From the human T2T-CHM13v2.0 reference genome, Homo sapiens, in NCBI RefSeq assembly GCF_009914755.1, contig NC_060941.1: a stretch of DNA of 64,000 bases; one strand, written 5' to 3'. A program made the translations under genes and the position numbers. The notes under the pieces were generated by a model that searched no databases, was not told the origin of the DNA, and was given only the letters and a program-made list of their open reading frames with translations. Positions 45,093 through 61,970 of the stretch are shown here, one piece after another. The first letter of the stretch is position 1. Each line of letters opens with the position of its first letter.

Positions 45093-48000
45093 TAATATGT
45101 CTAAAGCGCCAGCTGAGGGTGTACCAGGGGCCCCTCTGCCCCAGCCACCCACAAGATCAGAGTCTGAAAAGGGAGGTGAAGCCCACTTTCCCCACTTCTG
45201 GTGTCTACACCCTCAGCTCAGGACAGATGTCCAGTAACACAGCTGTGGCCCTGCCCTGCAACTGCTGTAATAAATGACTATTTTTCATGGCCCTGCTCTC
45301 AGATCGCTGTGGGATCCCTAAATGTTTGTGTGTAACTAATCTCGTTGGGCTTCAGGATCACAGTAAAGACAGCTTAGAAACATGGAAGCTCTCCATTCGG
45401 GCAGCACCTCCTTCTTTTAGCAGGATGGGGCCGACCTCGCCAGCTGGAGCAGCAGAAGTGGCCACAAACGCCACCAGGGATGGCAGACGGTGATCCAGGA
45501 AGGGGCTGTGCTCACAAGGACCCCAGACCTGCTCTAGTCCTCTAGGTTTGGAGGCCACGCCTCTCCCAACGGAACTGCCCAGGGGCACGGGGCAAGGCTG
45601 AGCAGCCAGGAAGTGTCACAAGTGTTGCGAGGTGACAGTGAGGGTTAGCTGGTCCAGCTCACCTTCGGCCTCTGGCCTCAAGTGACACAGCCGGGTGCCC
45701 TTGGTAGGCAGTCAGAGGGTCTCCCCCGGGCACTGGGCTCTGCCCTTCCTCGGCCCCTTCATGCCAGCCCCTTTTGGTCAGCGGGTGCGGCAGACCTCCT
45801 CCAAATTCACTCCTTTTAGGGAAATGAGCAGAAAAGAGGGCCGTGACTTGGTAATTAAAAACAGCCCTGTGGTGCTGGGCAGGAACCAGGCTCTTCCCGC
45901 CCTGCAGCTGCTGTGGAGGCCAGACCCACCCTCAGGTCCTCCAACCTCCTCGGCCCCCGGAAGCCAGCAACGGGGCCTTCTGGGAAGCAGGAAAGACCTC
46001 AGCAGAGGGGGCACCATAGGAGCACACTGGACATCCGTCCCCAGTTGAGGGTGTAGACACCGGAAGTGAAGACATGGGGCACCACCTCCCTTTCCAGACT
46101 CTGACCTTGAGAGTTTGTGGGTGGCTGGGACAGAGAGGCCCCAGGTCCACCCTCAGTGGTGACTTGCAGCCCTGGTGCAGGGCGGGACCGTGACATCCAG
46201 GGTGAGGACAGAGGACTTGGCCAGCATGACTCAGGCCAGGGTGAAAAACGCCTGGAATGACAACTACTCAGAAAAGATATTTTGTTGGGGAGGGTGCGGA
46301 GGAGGGTGGGGCAGAGAAGGTAACAGGGTGCACAACAGAGATCAGGGAACAGAAGCGCAGCCTCAGCCGGGGCCACACCGCCTGCCAGCGGGCACCTGGG
46401 GGTGCTCCAGGCCCTGCCGCCCCAGGGAATGCTCCCTCCCCGGCTGCCTGAGATTCTAGTGCACGTGAGCTGCTGGCCACTGGGTGCCCGTCTCCATGGA
46501 GACCAGCTCTCCCATCTCACTTCCTGCCCATTCGTTTTGGCTCCTCTTGGGAAACAGCATCTATCAGAGCACCTCAGCCACGCAGAGCAAAGCCGCCCTC
46601 TCTGCCCAGCCTTCCTGCCGCCCTCCCCAACCCCAGGGCCCTGCCCCCTCCCTCTGCAGCTCTGGGAGGACCTCGGGGCCCACGTCCCGCTGCCCTCCCT
46701 TTCCCTGGTGGGCCAGCAGGTCTCATGCCAGAGCCTCCGGCTCGGCCCTTCCCATTCACGTGCTGCTGAATCACTTGAAAACAATGCACCAGACCCCGGG
46801 AGGATTTGCTGAGAACAGTGCGGCTTTGTGGAGGGAAGTGCAGCTCTGCATTTTCTCCGTCAAGACCCACGGAACAGCCAAGCTCAGCCCTGCAAACCCT
46901 AAGCCAGAGCCGGAGCAGGGACAGGAGCAGGACCGTGCAGGGCAGGAGGCAGAGGGAGCCTGGAGAGGCACCGAGGAAACCCCTACCCATCCCTGCAACC
47001 CGCCCCCCTACAACAGATGAGCAGGGGGCCAGGGTGACAACTCCGGAGCCAGGGGCAGCAGCAGATTCTCTCCTCGCACTGTTGCTGGGGGGCTGCGACA
47101 GCGCGAGGTGGGCAGGGCACTGTTCCTCCCAAGCCGATCCATTTTTGGGGACGAACGTGAGGTCCGGGCCCAGGCTTCAGGCTCATTGGCACTGACTGTC
47201 TTTGAGCCCTGGCTGTTCGTCGGACCCAGGGTCATGTGGCCTGTGGGCTGAGCCTGACTTGCTGCATTTCTCAGGAGACAGAAACAGGGACATGAAGGAC
47301 ATGAAGGCTGGAATCCCAGGGTCCACACACCCAGGAAAGAATGAAAGCAGGGGGGCTGAGGTCCCCACTCCCCTTTCCCTTCCTCCTCAGCACAGCTTCC
47401 CAAACAAGCCCCATGCTGAGCGGCGCCCCCAGACTCCCTAAGCTTGTCCTGGGGGGTGTGCATCTGTGTAGCCCCGTCTCCAGCTGGAGGACTTGGCCTG
47501 GGCTGTCACAGCAGCTGCAAGTGCAGGCTGCACCCCAGCCCTCCGCCCCGTGTCTTCTTGGAGATCTCGATATAACCCCCTTGCCATTTGCACGAACTGG
47601 AAGAATGACCACAGGTCAGGGAGGGTGCTCTACCCACCCGTCCACTCTAAAAACCCTATTTCCTTTTGTCTTATGTGTCGGAGATCCTGGTCACACAGGG
47701 CTTGAAGGGGAAGGGAGATTTGTGCGGAGAGAAGATGGACGCCCCAGGGCAGCTCTCAGGGTGGGGTCACATCCAAAGCCCAACTGGCCAGCAGGTTGGG
47801 GGGGAGCAGGCCAGGAGGTGAACAGGTAGCACCTGCCAGACCCTGCTGGCCCCCCTCAGCCCATGGACAGCTGACCTCGGCAGAAAGCACAAGCAACGCT
47901 GCTGCTCCCCGTCCAAGCCTCACGGACCAACAGGGCGACCCACGCACCACTGCTCAGCCACGGAGGCCTTCCTGGGTCCCTGTGGTTTGGGGAGAAGGAC

Positions 48001-49476
48001 CCACAAGGCAGGGAGCAAAGATGGGGCCGGAGGACGAAGGTTCCAGCAAATGCAGAGTGAGGCGCGAACACGGAATCTGTCCCCCAAGGGTGGGGGCAGA
48101 AGCACCAAACCAGAGCAGAGCTCTAGAAGGTGCAAAGTGTTCGGAGCAGGAGAACCGTGCGGGGTACCTGGAAGTGCCTTAGGATGAAGGTGAACACGGC
48201 CACCACATCTGGGATCCTCACCGCTGCTGGCATGGCAGTGCTCTCTGGAAACCTCAGGAGCCCCACACCCTTCCGGGTGGCTCCATCCCTTGTTTTACAG
48301 TCAAATGAAGGCTGGGCAAGGGCTGGGGTGTGAGTCCAGGGGGCACCCCTGAGCCCGCCAACATAGCCCTATGAGGTGCCTGGCACTTCGGGGAGGATTT
48401 AGGCTCGCAAGGCAGGGGGCAGGCCCTGCGCACTTGTGTCCGGAAGAGAGGTGGTGGGAAGAGAGATGCTGGAAGCTGGGTGTGAGGGGTGTGAGGGGTG
48501 TGAGGGGCAGGAGGTGGAGGGCCAGGCCTTGGAGGAAGTGCAGAAACCTTAACACTCTGCCCAGGTCACCTAGCTGCTGGCAAATGGCAGAGCCAGGGCT
48601 CCAACCCCGGCAGTAGGGCTCTCACCAGCTCCTGGTGGAGGCTCTGGGTGGAGGCATGGGACGGGGTGAGCCAGGGGAAGCTGGAGGCTGCTCCACAGCC
48701 CTTTCTACCGCAGTCCAGCTGTGCCAAGGTGACCAAGGGGGGAGGGGAACACAGGCACTGCCAGGCCCTGGGATGGAAAGTTACTCATGACATCTCCGTA
48801 AGAATCACTGGAGGGCCATGGTTTTGGGTGTGGACATCCTGGAGGGCTGTTTTAGTGCCCACACCAATGCCCTAGTTAAAGAACCACCCTGTCCCCTTAG
48901 CCTTCTGCAGGACAGGTGGGAAAGGGCCGGGTGTCTGGTCCTGCTGCCAGGGGACAGTGCAGGTGTGACCGTCCGGGCAGAGATGAGTCACCCTCCACAC
49001 TGTCTTGCTGCCCGTCTCCACGCCTAGTTTTAGCTCGTGTGGTCAAGAAGGGGCGATTCCTCACCTAGAACACATGGGTCACAAATGCTACCTTTGAAAA
49101 TGGAAACAAAAATAACCCACTCAAAGGCAGGCTGGTTCCCCCATCAGACTGTGGCTTCCAGGCTAAGGCAGGAAGACCTCGGCTACTCAATGTTTGGGCC
49201 CCATTGTGGCCATGGCTTTTAACTCAGTCATGCCATAACACCCTCTCTGCCCTCTCAGACAGAGGTGATGCTACACTGACAGGCGGCTACGCTCCAGGTC
49301 TCCGTGTGCAAAAAATAGCTGGGCACAAGGCAAGTGCAGAAACAGCAGGAGCACGGTGACACCCCACCCCGAGAAATCTATGTGGCTTTTGAAAAACAGC
49401 AGCCCTCCTGACCCCCAGTTTCCTTCTTAATCATGTTGAGCCTATAGCAAATTGTGGAGTGGCTTTGCAACCCTAG

Positions 49477-51550
<2,074 letters not shown>

Positions 51551-51803
51551 CAGGTATATGTCCAAGGAGGCAGCAGGGGGATGGAAAAGGGAGGTAGCGC
51601 ACAGGTAGTGAATATTCTGGGTCTTGGGTCTGGGTGATGGGCTCATGGTACTTCATTATATTGTCTACAAAATATACATAAGTAAGGCCATTCGTGGACC
51701 AATGATACTAATGTGTCATGAACAAAGATTGGTTGATCTAAGTCAATGTATCTGAGGTTGTTGGAAGGGAGGGAGAGAGACAGACTCTGAAACCATCCTA
51801 GTA

Positions 51804-52023
51804 CAGGGATCAGCAAACTATGGCACAAAGGGCAGATGCCGCTCACCACCTATTTTTGTAGAGTCTCATTGGAACCTGGCCACGCCCTTTCATTTACATC
51901 TCATCTGTGGCTGCTTCTGAGCAGCTGCAGTAGAGCTGGGTAATTACCACGGGGGCTGCACAGCTGGCAAAGGCTAAAATATTTACTCTCTGGCTCTTTG
52001 CAGAAAAAGTATGTTGATCCCTG
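51804..52023 (+). mobile_element. MER58A hAT element, full length
   Basis: Terminal inverted repeats cagggatcagca / tgttgatccctg; internal ctaaaatatttact.tctgg...cagaaaaag. Confidence 0.85.
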
Positions 52024-52645
52024 TGCCTGTCCCTAAGACTGCAATTGGCAGAAGAGAAGCTACCCAGTGTGAGGTCTCCATGGCTCTGGTGGATGCCAGG
52101 TCAGTGGCAAAGCTAGCGGGGAGGAAACTGATCAAACACCCAGGTGCCGACACCCTTGCCAGCCCCAGAGGGAATCACCCAGCGGGGCGAGGGTGGCTTG
52201 TCTTCTCTTTTCCGTCTACTCTCTTTTCTCTTAAAGTTATAAGAATGTATTAAGCGACGTGCTATTTAAACAATGTTGGTTTTGTTGTGACTTTGAAAGA
52301 CTAAGAGGTTTTAGCTTTGGTTCAATCTCCGTTAATGTCTCAGCCTTGGCTAAGCACTAAGTGATCTATCTCCTGAAATTGTGCCCGTCTGACCTTGGGT
52401 GCCCCTGAAAGGCCAGTGTTTATTTGGCTAAAACATCTGAAGGGCTTAAATGACCTGGAGTCTCCATCTGTGCCTGTGGCCCCTGAAAACAGACTGTCAC
52501 CCAGGCTGGAATGTAGTGACATGATCGGCTCTGGGAGATGCATCCACAGCACATGGGCTAGACACACCCACTGAAACCCACACGGGTTCCTATTTTTGTA
52601 TATAGGTGGTTTCCCAAAAGGGACTTCGTTTTAAAGGCAAGACTA

Positions 52646-53313
<668 letters not shown>

Positions 53314-53416
53314 CCAGATTGCCCATTTTAAAGAGGCCTAATAGTCTCTGAGGCAATGACGCAAACACAGATCTTAGAGACCCGGGTACCAGTGCTGGCA
53401 GCACCATTATCAGTGA

Positions 53417-53422
53417 TGTATT
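53417..53422 (-). terminator. CEP295NL: Probable non-canonical polyA signal (AATACA) of CEP295NL
   Basis: Variant hexamer ~25 nt after the stop; no canonical AATAAA between the stop and the next Alu. Confidence 0.5.
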
Positions 53423-53445
53423 TACCCCGGGTGGGCCTCTCGCAT

Positions 53446-55267
53446 TTAGCATATGTTCTGAAACTCCCGCAAGCATTTCCGGGCTTCTTCAAGAAACTGC
53501 TTGTGCAACCTGTTTTGCTGTAAGATCTGCTGCTGCTGGTCTCGGATCATCTGACTGTGCCGGTCGTCGTCGGCGAGGCTGGTGCCCGATGGGGAAGTGG
53601 TGCTGAGCTCAGATCCTCTCTCCCTTTCCTGGGCTCTCGTGGAGGAGGACTTCAGATGGGCCAGTCGAGCTCTTCTTTGCTCCCTCCTCTCTTTTTCTAG
53701 CTCAGCTTTGTAGTGGATTTCCAAGCTCATATCTGGGTGTTCCATTTGTTCAAGCGATTCCAGTTGTTTTTGTCTTCTCTGCTCCATCTCTGCTTTCTGC
53801 CTTTGCCTGGATGCCGTCGAGCCCACTCTGTCTGCCTGGTCTTGAAGGTGGAGCTGAAGGGAGCCCTCTGCCAGCGTGCCCAGTTTGGGGGTCTCTTGTC
53901 CAGATTCAGTGCTATACAATAATGAGTCCTCTTTGTTGATAAATATACCTGCCTCGGGAGACAATGTTTGACTTCCATTTCTAAACGTGGGCTTGACCGT
54001 GCCCTGATATTTTTGGTTCTGGGCCTTGCCCATGAACGTTTTCAAGTCGGTCTTGGACGCTGCCTGCTGCGCCTCCTCCTCTGCTGGGCTCCTGGGTTCC
54101 CCGGCAGGCAGCATCTCTGGGTCTGCCATTTTCTTCCCTCTTGGGGTCCCAGCGCCACACTCTTGCATCTCTGAGAAGGCATGCCCTTCCCCAGGTCTCT
54201 GGTCCATCCTGGGCTTCAGTGCCAGGTACAAGCACAGGTGTTTTTTCAGCTTTCTGTTTATATTAAACAACTCTTCAAAGGCCAACTCCAGCTCTTTCTG
54301 CCACTTGTTCTTCTCCCGGAGCGTGCACTGAGATGCTGGGGACACGGCTTCCCTTCTGCAGCTGGAATCAGCTGGCCACAGCTGCCCGAGGTCTCTCAGC
54401 TTCCCCTCCAGACTCTGTCCCTGAGAGCGACTGGTCAGGGCTGGAACAAAGCAAACTGCCCCCTTTCCCAGTTGCCTCCTCCCCGCCCGAGCTGTTCCTT
54501 TCTCTTTTTCCTCCACAAGCCCGATTTCTCCCACAGCAGCCACGAGTGGGTTTGACCTTTCTAGGTCCGCCCCTTTGCTCCTCCGAGGATGGATGGCACA
54601 GCGGCCACCCCCAGACTTGGTCGAAGGTTCTGGCCTTCCCTTTCTCTTCTCAGGCGGGGCCAGGTGAGAATTCATCCGACCCGTGGCTTTTGTAGTCTGT
54701 GGTTTCTCTGGACTCGCTGCTGTCTTCCGGGGCCTGGAGTGCCTGGGGTGTTGCTGGCCCAACTCTTCCCTGCAACTCCTCTCTTCACTAAGGGCTGCTC
54801 TATGCTTCTCCTTGGCCCTCGGGGGCCTGGCTGATCTTCGCTGGATGGGCCCCTGCGAGTCAGGCTCATTTTCCCTGGCCCGTCCTCCTCCCCAGCCCAA
54901 CAGACGTGCTGACTGCAGCCTGTCCAGGCCACCGACGTGCAGGTGCTGTGCCTCCTGATACCCTCTCCTCAACTCCTCAGCCAAGCGCTGGAGCTGGTAG
55001 TTTTTCCACAGCTTGGCATCCGCTCTTCTCTGCAGAGCGAGATCGCCTTTGCCCCGGGCTTGTAGCAATTTGTGCTTTTTCCTCCAAAGCAGGTCTTCGT
55101 TATCAGGACAGAGGCTCAGCCACATGGCTCCATCCATGTTTCTGTTCCTGTCTGCGAACCCAGCAGATACAGCTTCCCAGGGAAGGTGCTTGGAGCCAAG
55201 AGTGGAGGGTTCAAGGGGCGCCCCCGGGCCTGAGGAGCCACAGAAGCCACAACGTTCCACAGCAAAC
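53446..55267 (-). CDS. CEP295NL: CEP295 N-terminal-like protein (DDC8/KIAA1731NL), main coding exon, nested in TIMP2 intron 1
   Basis: 1.8 kb open frame with coiled-coil motifs resembling the CEP295 N-terminus (LQRLAEELRR, ARENEPD, ELELAFEE, QQILQQNRLH). Acceptor cttcctcgtag|G at 55267, TAA at 53446-53448, in-frame strong-Kozak AACATGG at 55137. The upstream coding exon is presumably beyond the window. Confidence 0.92.
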
Positions 55268-55470
55268 CTACGAGGAAGGGAGCACAAGTGCAGCTTTCCA
55301 GATCGCTCCCAGGAGAGTGAGCAAAGCCCTGGAGACAAGCACACGGGATTCTCACTGTGAGGACAGGCTGCAAAATGTGCCCCTCCAAGCTCTCTTGACC
55401 CGTGCCCACCAGGGCCCACTCTCAGCCTCCCAATTTCTGTCCTGTACACTTTTGACAAGAGCCTGTAGGG

Positions 55471-55688
55471 CAGCTGTTTTGAACAGAGTGTGGTGTTGTT
55501 TCCCAGGGGACATTGGCAATGTCTGGAAACATTTTCTATTGTCACAAATGCAGGGAGGAGGTGCTCCGGGCCTGCAGCTGGGTGGAGGCGAGGGAGGCTG
55601 CTGAATACCCCACACTGCACAGGAGGGCTGCCCAAGACAGTGAATAACCTGGCCAGAGATGTCAGTAGTGCCGAGACTGACAATCCCA
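55471..55688 (+). mobile_element. MER20 element
   Basis: cccaggggacatt.ggcaatgtctgga.acatttt...tgtcac...gtcagtagtgccgag. Confidence 0.8.
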
Positions 55689-55859
55689 CCCAAAGGGCAA
55701 GGGTTAGGATTCAGGTAGGGATGGAGGGGCACAAAGGGCAGCCCTTGGAAACAAATATTGAGAAGAGCAGGTGGAAGTAAAAGAGGAAGTCTGGGCCTCT
55801 GGAGGGAGAATTGATCGTAAAGGAAAGGAGGAAGAGACGGGGCAGGGAGGAGCCTGCCA

Positions 55860-56490
55860 AGCATGTGTGTGTGCAGGAGTGTGTGCACGCGTGTGCAGGG
55901 GTGTGTGTGGGTGTGTGCACATGCACATGTGTGTGCAGGGGTGTGTGTGCGTACATGTGTGTGCAGGGGTGTGTGTGCATACATGTGTGTGCAGGGGTGT
56001 GTGCAAGGATGTGTGTGCATGTGTGTGCAGGGGTGTGTGTGCATGTGTGTGTAGGAGTGTGTGTGCAGGGGTGTGTGTGTAGGGGTGTGCGGGCAAGGGT
56101 GTGTGTGCAGGGGTGTATGTGCAAGGGTGTGTGTGTCTCCATGCATGTGTGTGCAGGGGTGTGTGTGCAGGGGTGTGTAGGAGTGTGTGTGCAGGGGTGT
56201 GTATGCAGGGGTGTGTGTGCGTAGGGGTGTGTGTGCAGGGGTGTGTGCGTGGGGCTGTGTGTGCAGGGGTGTGTGTGCATAGCGGTGTGTGTGCAGGGGT
56301 GTGTGCGCGCAGGGGTGTGTGCGTGTGCACATCTGTTTATGTTTCTGTGCACATGCCTGCACATCTGTGTGTACAGGGGGGTGTACAGGTGTGTGTATGT
56401 ATGCATGTCTGTGTGTGCCTCTGTGTGCATGTCGGTGTGTGTATGTGTATGTGTCCGTGTGGGGCATGCAGGTATGTATGTGTGCATGCA
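55860..56490. repeat. GT-rich VNTR, degenerate (GTGTGTGCAGGG)n
   Basis: Direct inspection, ~630 bp. Confidence 0.95.
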
Positions 56491-57309
56491 AGTCTGATAC
56501 TTGAATCCAGTAGAAACCAGAGAGGAGGAGAAGCTGGTGTTAGCTCTCTCTTCATGACTCCCAGCTCTTTCCTTTTATAATGATCAGAGAAGGACTCTTC
56601 CAGGTCTCTTTGGCATCAGGAAGGGACCCATGCTTTGGCAGGCCTTCCTAGGAAAGGAGGGGCATTTACACCAAAACAGTACGGGATTGTGTCTGTTGCC
56701 ACGGGTAGCTGATGCCAGAAACAGCCAGATCTGTGAGCTGCAGGAAAGGCTAAGGGACAGCCACAGTCGATATGGAGTCCCCCTCCACTGCTCCTTCCCT
56801 TCTTTCATCTTAGTCTATGTGGAACCAGGCTAAGCCTTTGGAGTCAAACGTAGTTGCAGCTGAAGTCACATGTAGTTGCAGGAGTCAGAAAATACTGCAT
56901 CTACATTACAGCTAACATTAACCGTGCAGGCTCCCCTCTGAGCACTGGGCATGTATCCGTTCATCTTTTTTACAGTAATCCTTTGAGATACGAAGCTCCT
57001 ACCCCCCCCGGTTCACAGACAGGGAAACTGAGGCAGGCAGAGATGAAGATGCTTAACCCAGATCACACAGCTGGTAAGTGGCAGAGACAGGCCCTCTGCT
57101 GCTTGGACGAACCCCAGCACCTTTGACCAACCTCAGGTGGTCACACTGCAGCTGGCTTTGACTTAAGTCTTCTAGTGGGAGGTCCTTGCACCTCTTGGTA
57201 AATCAGATCACACAATTAGAATAGTGGTTAATATTATATTTAGCCAGATCTGCCAACCACCATGATGATCAAGAGAGAAAGGGAGAGAGAAAGCTGGGCC
57301 CTTCAATGC

Positions 57310-58455
<1,146 letters not shown>

Positions 58456-60999
58456 GGCCTGAGTCCACAAAAAGAAACCAAAGCTCAGAGAGGTTGAATA
58501 ACTTTCCCAGCTCACATGGAGGAGTTGGCCTCAGACACCAAAGACCACCAGGAACGGCCACAGGGATGTCCAATTAGGTGTGGTGAGGTCGGGGCTGCTG
58601 TGAATGCCCCTCTGTGTGTCTCGGAAGGTGCCTGGAGGCCCCAAGGTTCACAGTCTATTTCTGTGCCAAGAGCCGTTGGCTCACACCCCTTGTCAACCAA
58701 CAATTAGTAAAACCTGGACAAGTCTTCCCTGCTCTGGAAGTGCCCCCAGCCCGTTCAATGACCTCAGTGCACCCCGTGCCAGCCCCACTGGCGTGGGCAT
58801 CCCAATGAAGCAGCGTCAGTTTTCCTGGAGACACGCAAACGGGTAAAAACTTAACACATTTGGGCAGAGATCTTTGGGATAAGTCTAGAAAATTGCAGCC
58901 AGCTCCATCCTTCAGGAATCGATCCCCGCTCTGACACCATCAGATGCAACCTCGTCCCCGCTACCCCAGCTCTCCTTGCTCTCCCCTCTGAGACCCTCCC
59001 CACTTACTAACTTGAGGCAGAGGGCAGGGTCTCACGTGGACTTGTGCAGGCACTGGCAGGGAAAGCAACAGAGCCTTAGCTGAGCCCAAGATGACCAAGG
59101 AGAAACAGCCGTTCACCTGTTGCACAGCCTGCTGGGATGCCTGCCTCTGCCTGTGATGCCCAGGCTGATCTCCAGGCAGCCCAGTGTCTCTCCAGCCCTG
59201 CCAGACAGGACGTCGGGTGCCCTTGGCAGGACACTTGCCAATGAAGACAGCCATGGTTCCAATCAGGGCCCTCGCTACAGCTCCCCTCCCAGAGGCACCT
59301 GCCCTCTCTGGTTGCTTAGAATATTCTAGAAGGGGCAGGGGTCCTGGCGCTCCTCTGTCCTCCACATCCTCTGAGTGTTCTGAGCATCCTGGGCTGCTTT
59401 GGTGTTTTCTACTCCCCTGCTGCCCTCTGGTCCTGCCACCCCGAGCTGACAAGCCTGCCTTCTGCTGGCTGCCTTCAACCACTCAGAGAAACCACAGCTC
59501 CCCCCTCCGCAGAAGCCGCGCTCGGAGCAGCAGAAGGAAGGCGAGTGGACACCAATCTGGCCTCCGGACGGCACCAGGGCCTCCCACAGAGCGGAGTGGA
59601 CACTGGGCCCATTCTCCTCTCTTGCTCTCTACAGCCCCGTGGCCCCAGCGCAGGAGCCAGCCCATGGCAGCTCCACCCCAGACCGATCCGATCCCAGCAC
59701 CTGGGCCCAGGAATGTGCTTGGCCACCAGATTCCCAGCGATTCTCACCAAAGTCAGGCAACCTCTGGCCTACAGCTTGAGAATGACGTCCAAGCAGCTCG
59801 CCTTTCCCTGGGCGGCCGCTCAGACAGCTTTTCAGCCAAGGCAGACCTCACCCAGGGACCCTCCACCCAGGCAGCGTGGAAGTGCCAGGGCCCACAGACA
59901 GCACCCCCCCGCCCCCCGCCGGCCTCCTCACCCCCTCCGAAGGAGACTCCAGGCCTGCTGTGCACTCCTGTGGCATCGGGGGGCGGGGGGCAAGCATCAC
60001 AGTCATAGGGAGTGTGAGGCGCCCAGAATGGGGGCTCCACAGTCAGGCCTGCACCCCGGCTGCAGGATACCAGATCCTGTGGTTCACTGTGAGACCTCCG
60101 CCTCTCTCGTCTGCCTCACGCTGCCCCCTCGCACCCCCAAGGTATGACGGCATTTGAACAATGCACGTGCCCATCTAGAGCCTTGGGGTGGGCCTGTGAG
60201 AGAGTGGCCGCCCACCCCAGTCCCCACCAGGTGCATAGTCCTGCGGCTAAGTCAGGGCGGTTGTAACAAAGGCTCAGACCCTCCAACTACCAGGCTGTGT
60301 TGTGACGAGGCTGCTGGAGCCCCAGGCACCATGACGGGAATGGGTGAATCCACCCACAGTGGGTGACTCTCAATGTGATACTAGCCCGGTACACTTAGAC
60401 ACCCAAAAATCAACGCGGCAGACGTTGTATCCCCAGGAGAAGGACCCCCCCGAACAGACACGTGGGACAATGGCAAGCATGGCCATCCCTGAGGACAATG
60501 GCAGGACCCAGAGTGCCTCTCTCCTCCTCAAGGCATGAACTGGCCCCTCCAGATACAGGGACAACCTTTTCTTCCCACCTCGGCCTGTAACAGACACGAC
60601 ACAGGCCATACCCTTGGCTAGAGTCACTGCAACATGATCCAGAGGGTGACTGTGAAAGGAGCCAGCGGGGCTGCTGTGTCGGTTTTCCTGGAGACACGGA
60701 AATGGGTACAAACTTAAAACATCTGGGCAGAGGTCTTTGGGATAAAGTCCAGAAAATCACAGCTGGCTCCATCATTCAGGAATTGATTTCCCCCATGACA
60801 CCATCGGATGCAACCTTGTCCCTGCCGCCTCCAGCTCTCCTTGATTTCCCCTCTGAGCTCACAAAAAGAAACAAAAGCTCAGAGAGGCTGAATAACTTTC
60901 CCAGCTTACACGGAGGAGCTGGGTTTGAATCCAGACATCACACTGATCAGCACGCAGACCCGCAGGGTTTCATACTCTTCCGGCATTTCAGGTACACCT

Positions 61000-61190
61000 C
61001 TCTCCATCTCACCGCCTCACCATAGGAGGTGAGGCCTATTCCTATCCGCACAATCTGACAGGGAAATTGAGACTCAGAGAGGTTAAGTAACTTGCCTAAG
61101 GCCACATAGCTCGTAATCAGGGCAGCAGGGATTCCGGGCCGAGCAGGCAGGCCCCTGATCCAGGCTCCTAGCCTGCTGCCCAGGGAGGTC
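61000..61190 (+). mobile_element. MIR (similar MIR cores at ~26670-26830 and ~56930-57100)
   Basis: gaaa.tgag.ctcagagaggttaagtaacttgcc.aagg.cac core. Confidence 0.7.
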
Positions 61191-61459
61191 AGAGCTGGAA
61201 ACCACTTCCACAGCACAAGGAGACTCTGCTTGGACTGTGCTTGGCCTCACGTGACCTCTGACCTCCCTGGCCCTCCTGTGACCCTGACAGGTGTGCTGAG
61301 CTTCTGAAGGGTGGGAAGGCCTGCAAGGGGCCTGCGTGCATTCTGTGTGCATCGACCCAGGACACCACGGTTGGTGCCTCTGAGTTCATCACGTCGATCA
61401 TCCCCGTCTTCTTTCTGCTCAAGTACTTGATTTGTCAACATGCACAGAAGGGTGAGACC

Positions 61460-61970
<511 letters not shown>

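Noticed and set aside
55268-55689. N-terminal ~140 aa of the 747-aa ORF
   Set aside because: Lies upstream of a good splice acceptor at 55267, starts at a non-ATG codon and runs through a MER20; intronic read-through.
55352-56580. His/Thr- and Cys/Val-rich ORFs of up to 379 aa
   Set aside because: Translations of the GT-rich VNTR.
59184-60147. 274-aa and 200-aa overlapping + strand ORFs
   Set aside because: GC-rich, overlapping frames, no recognisable domain or clear splice structure.
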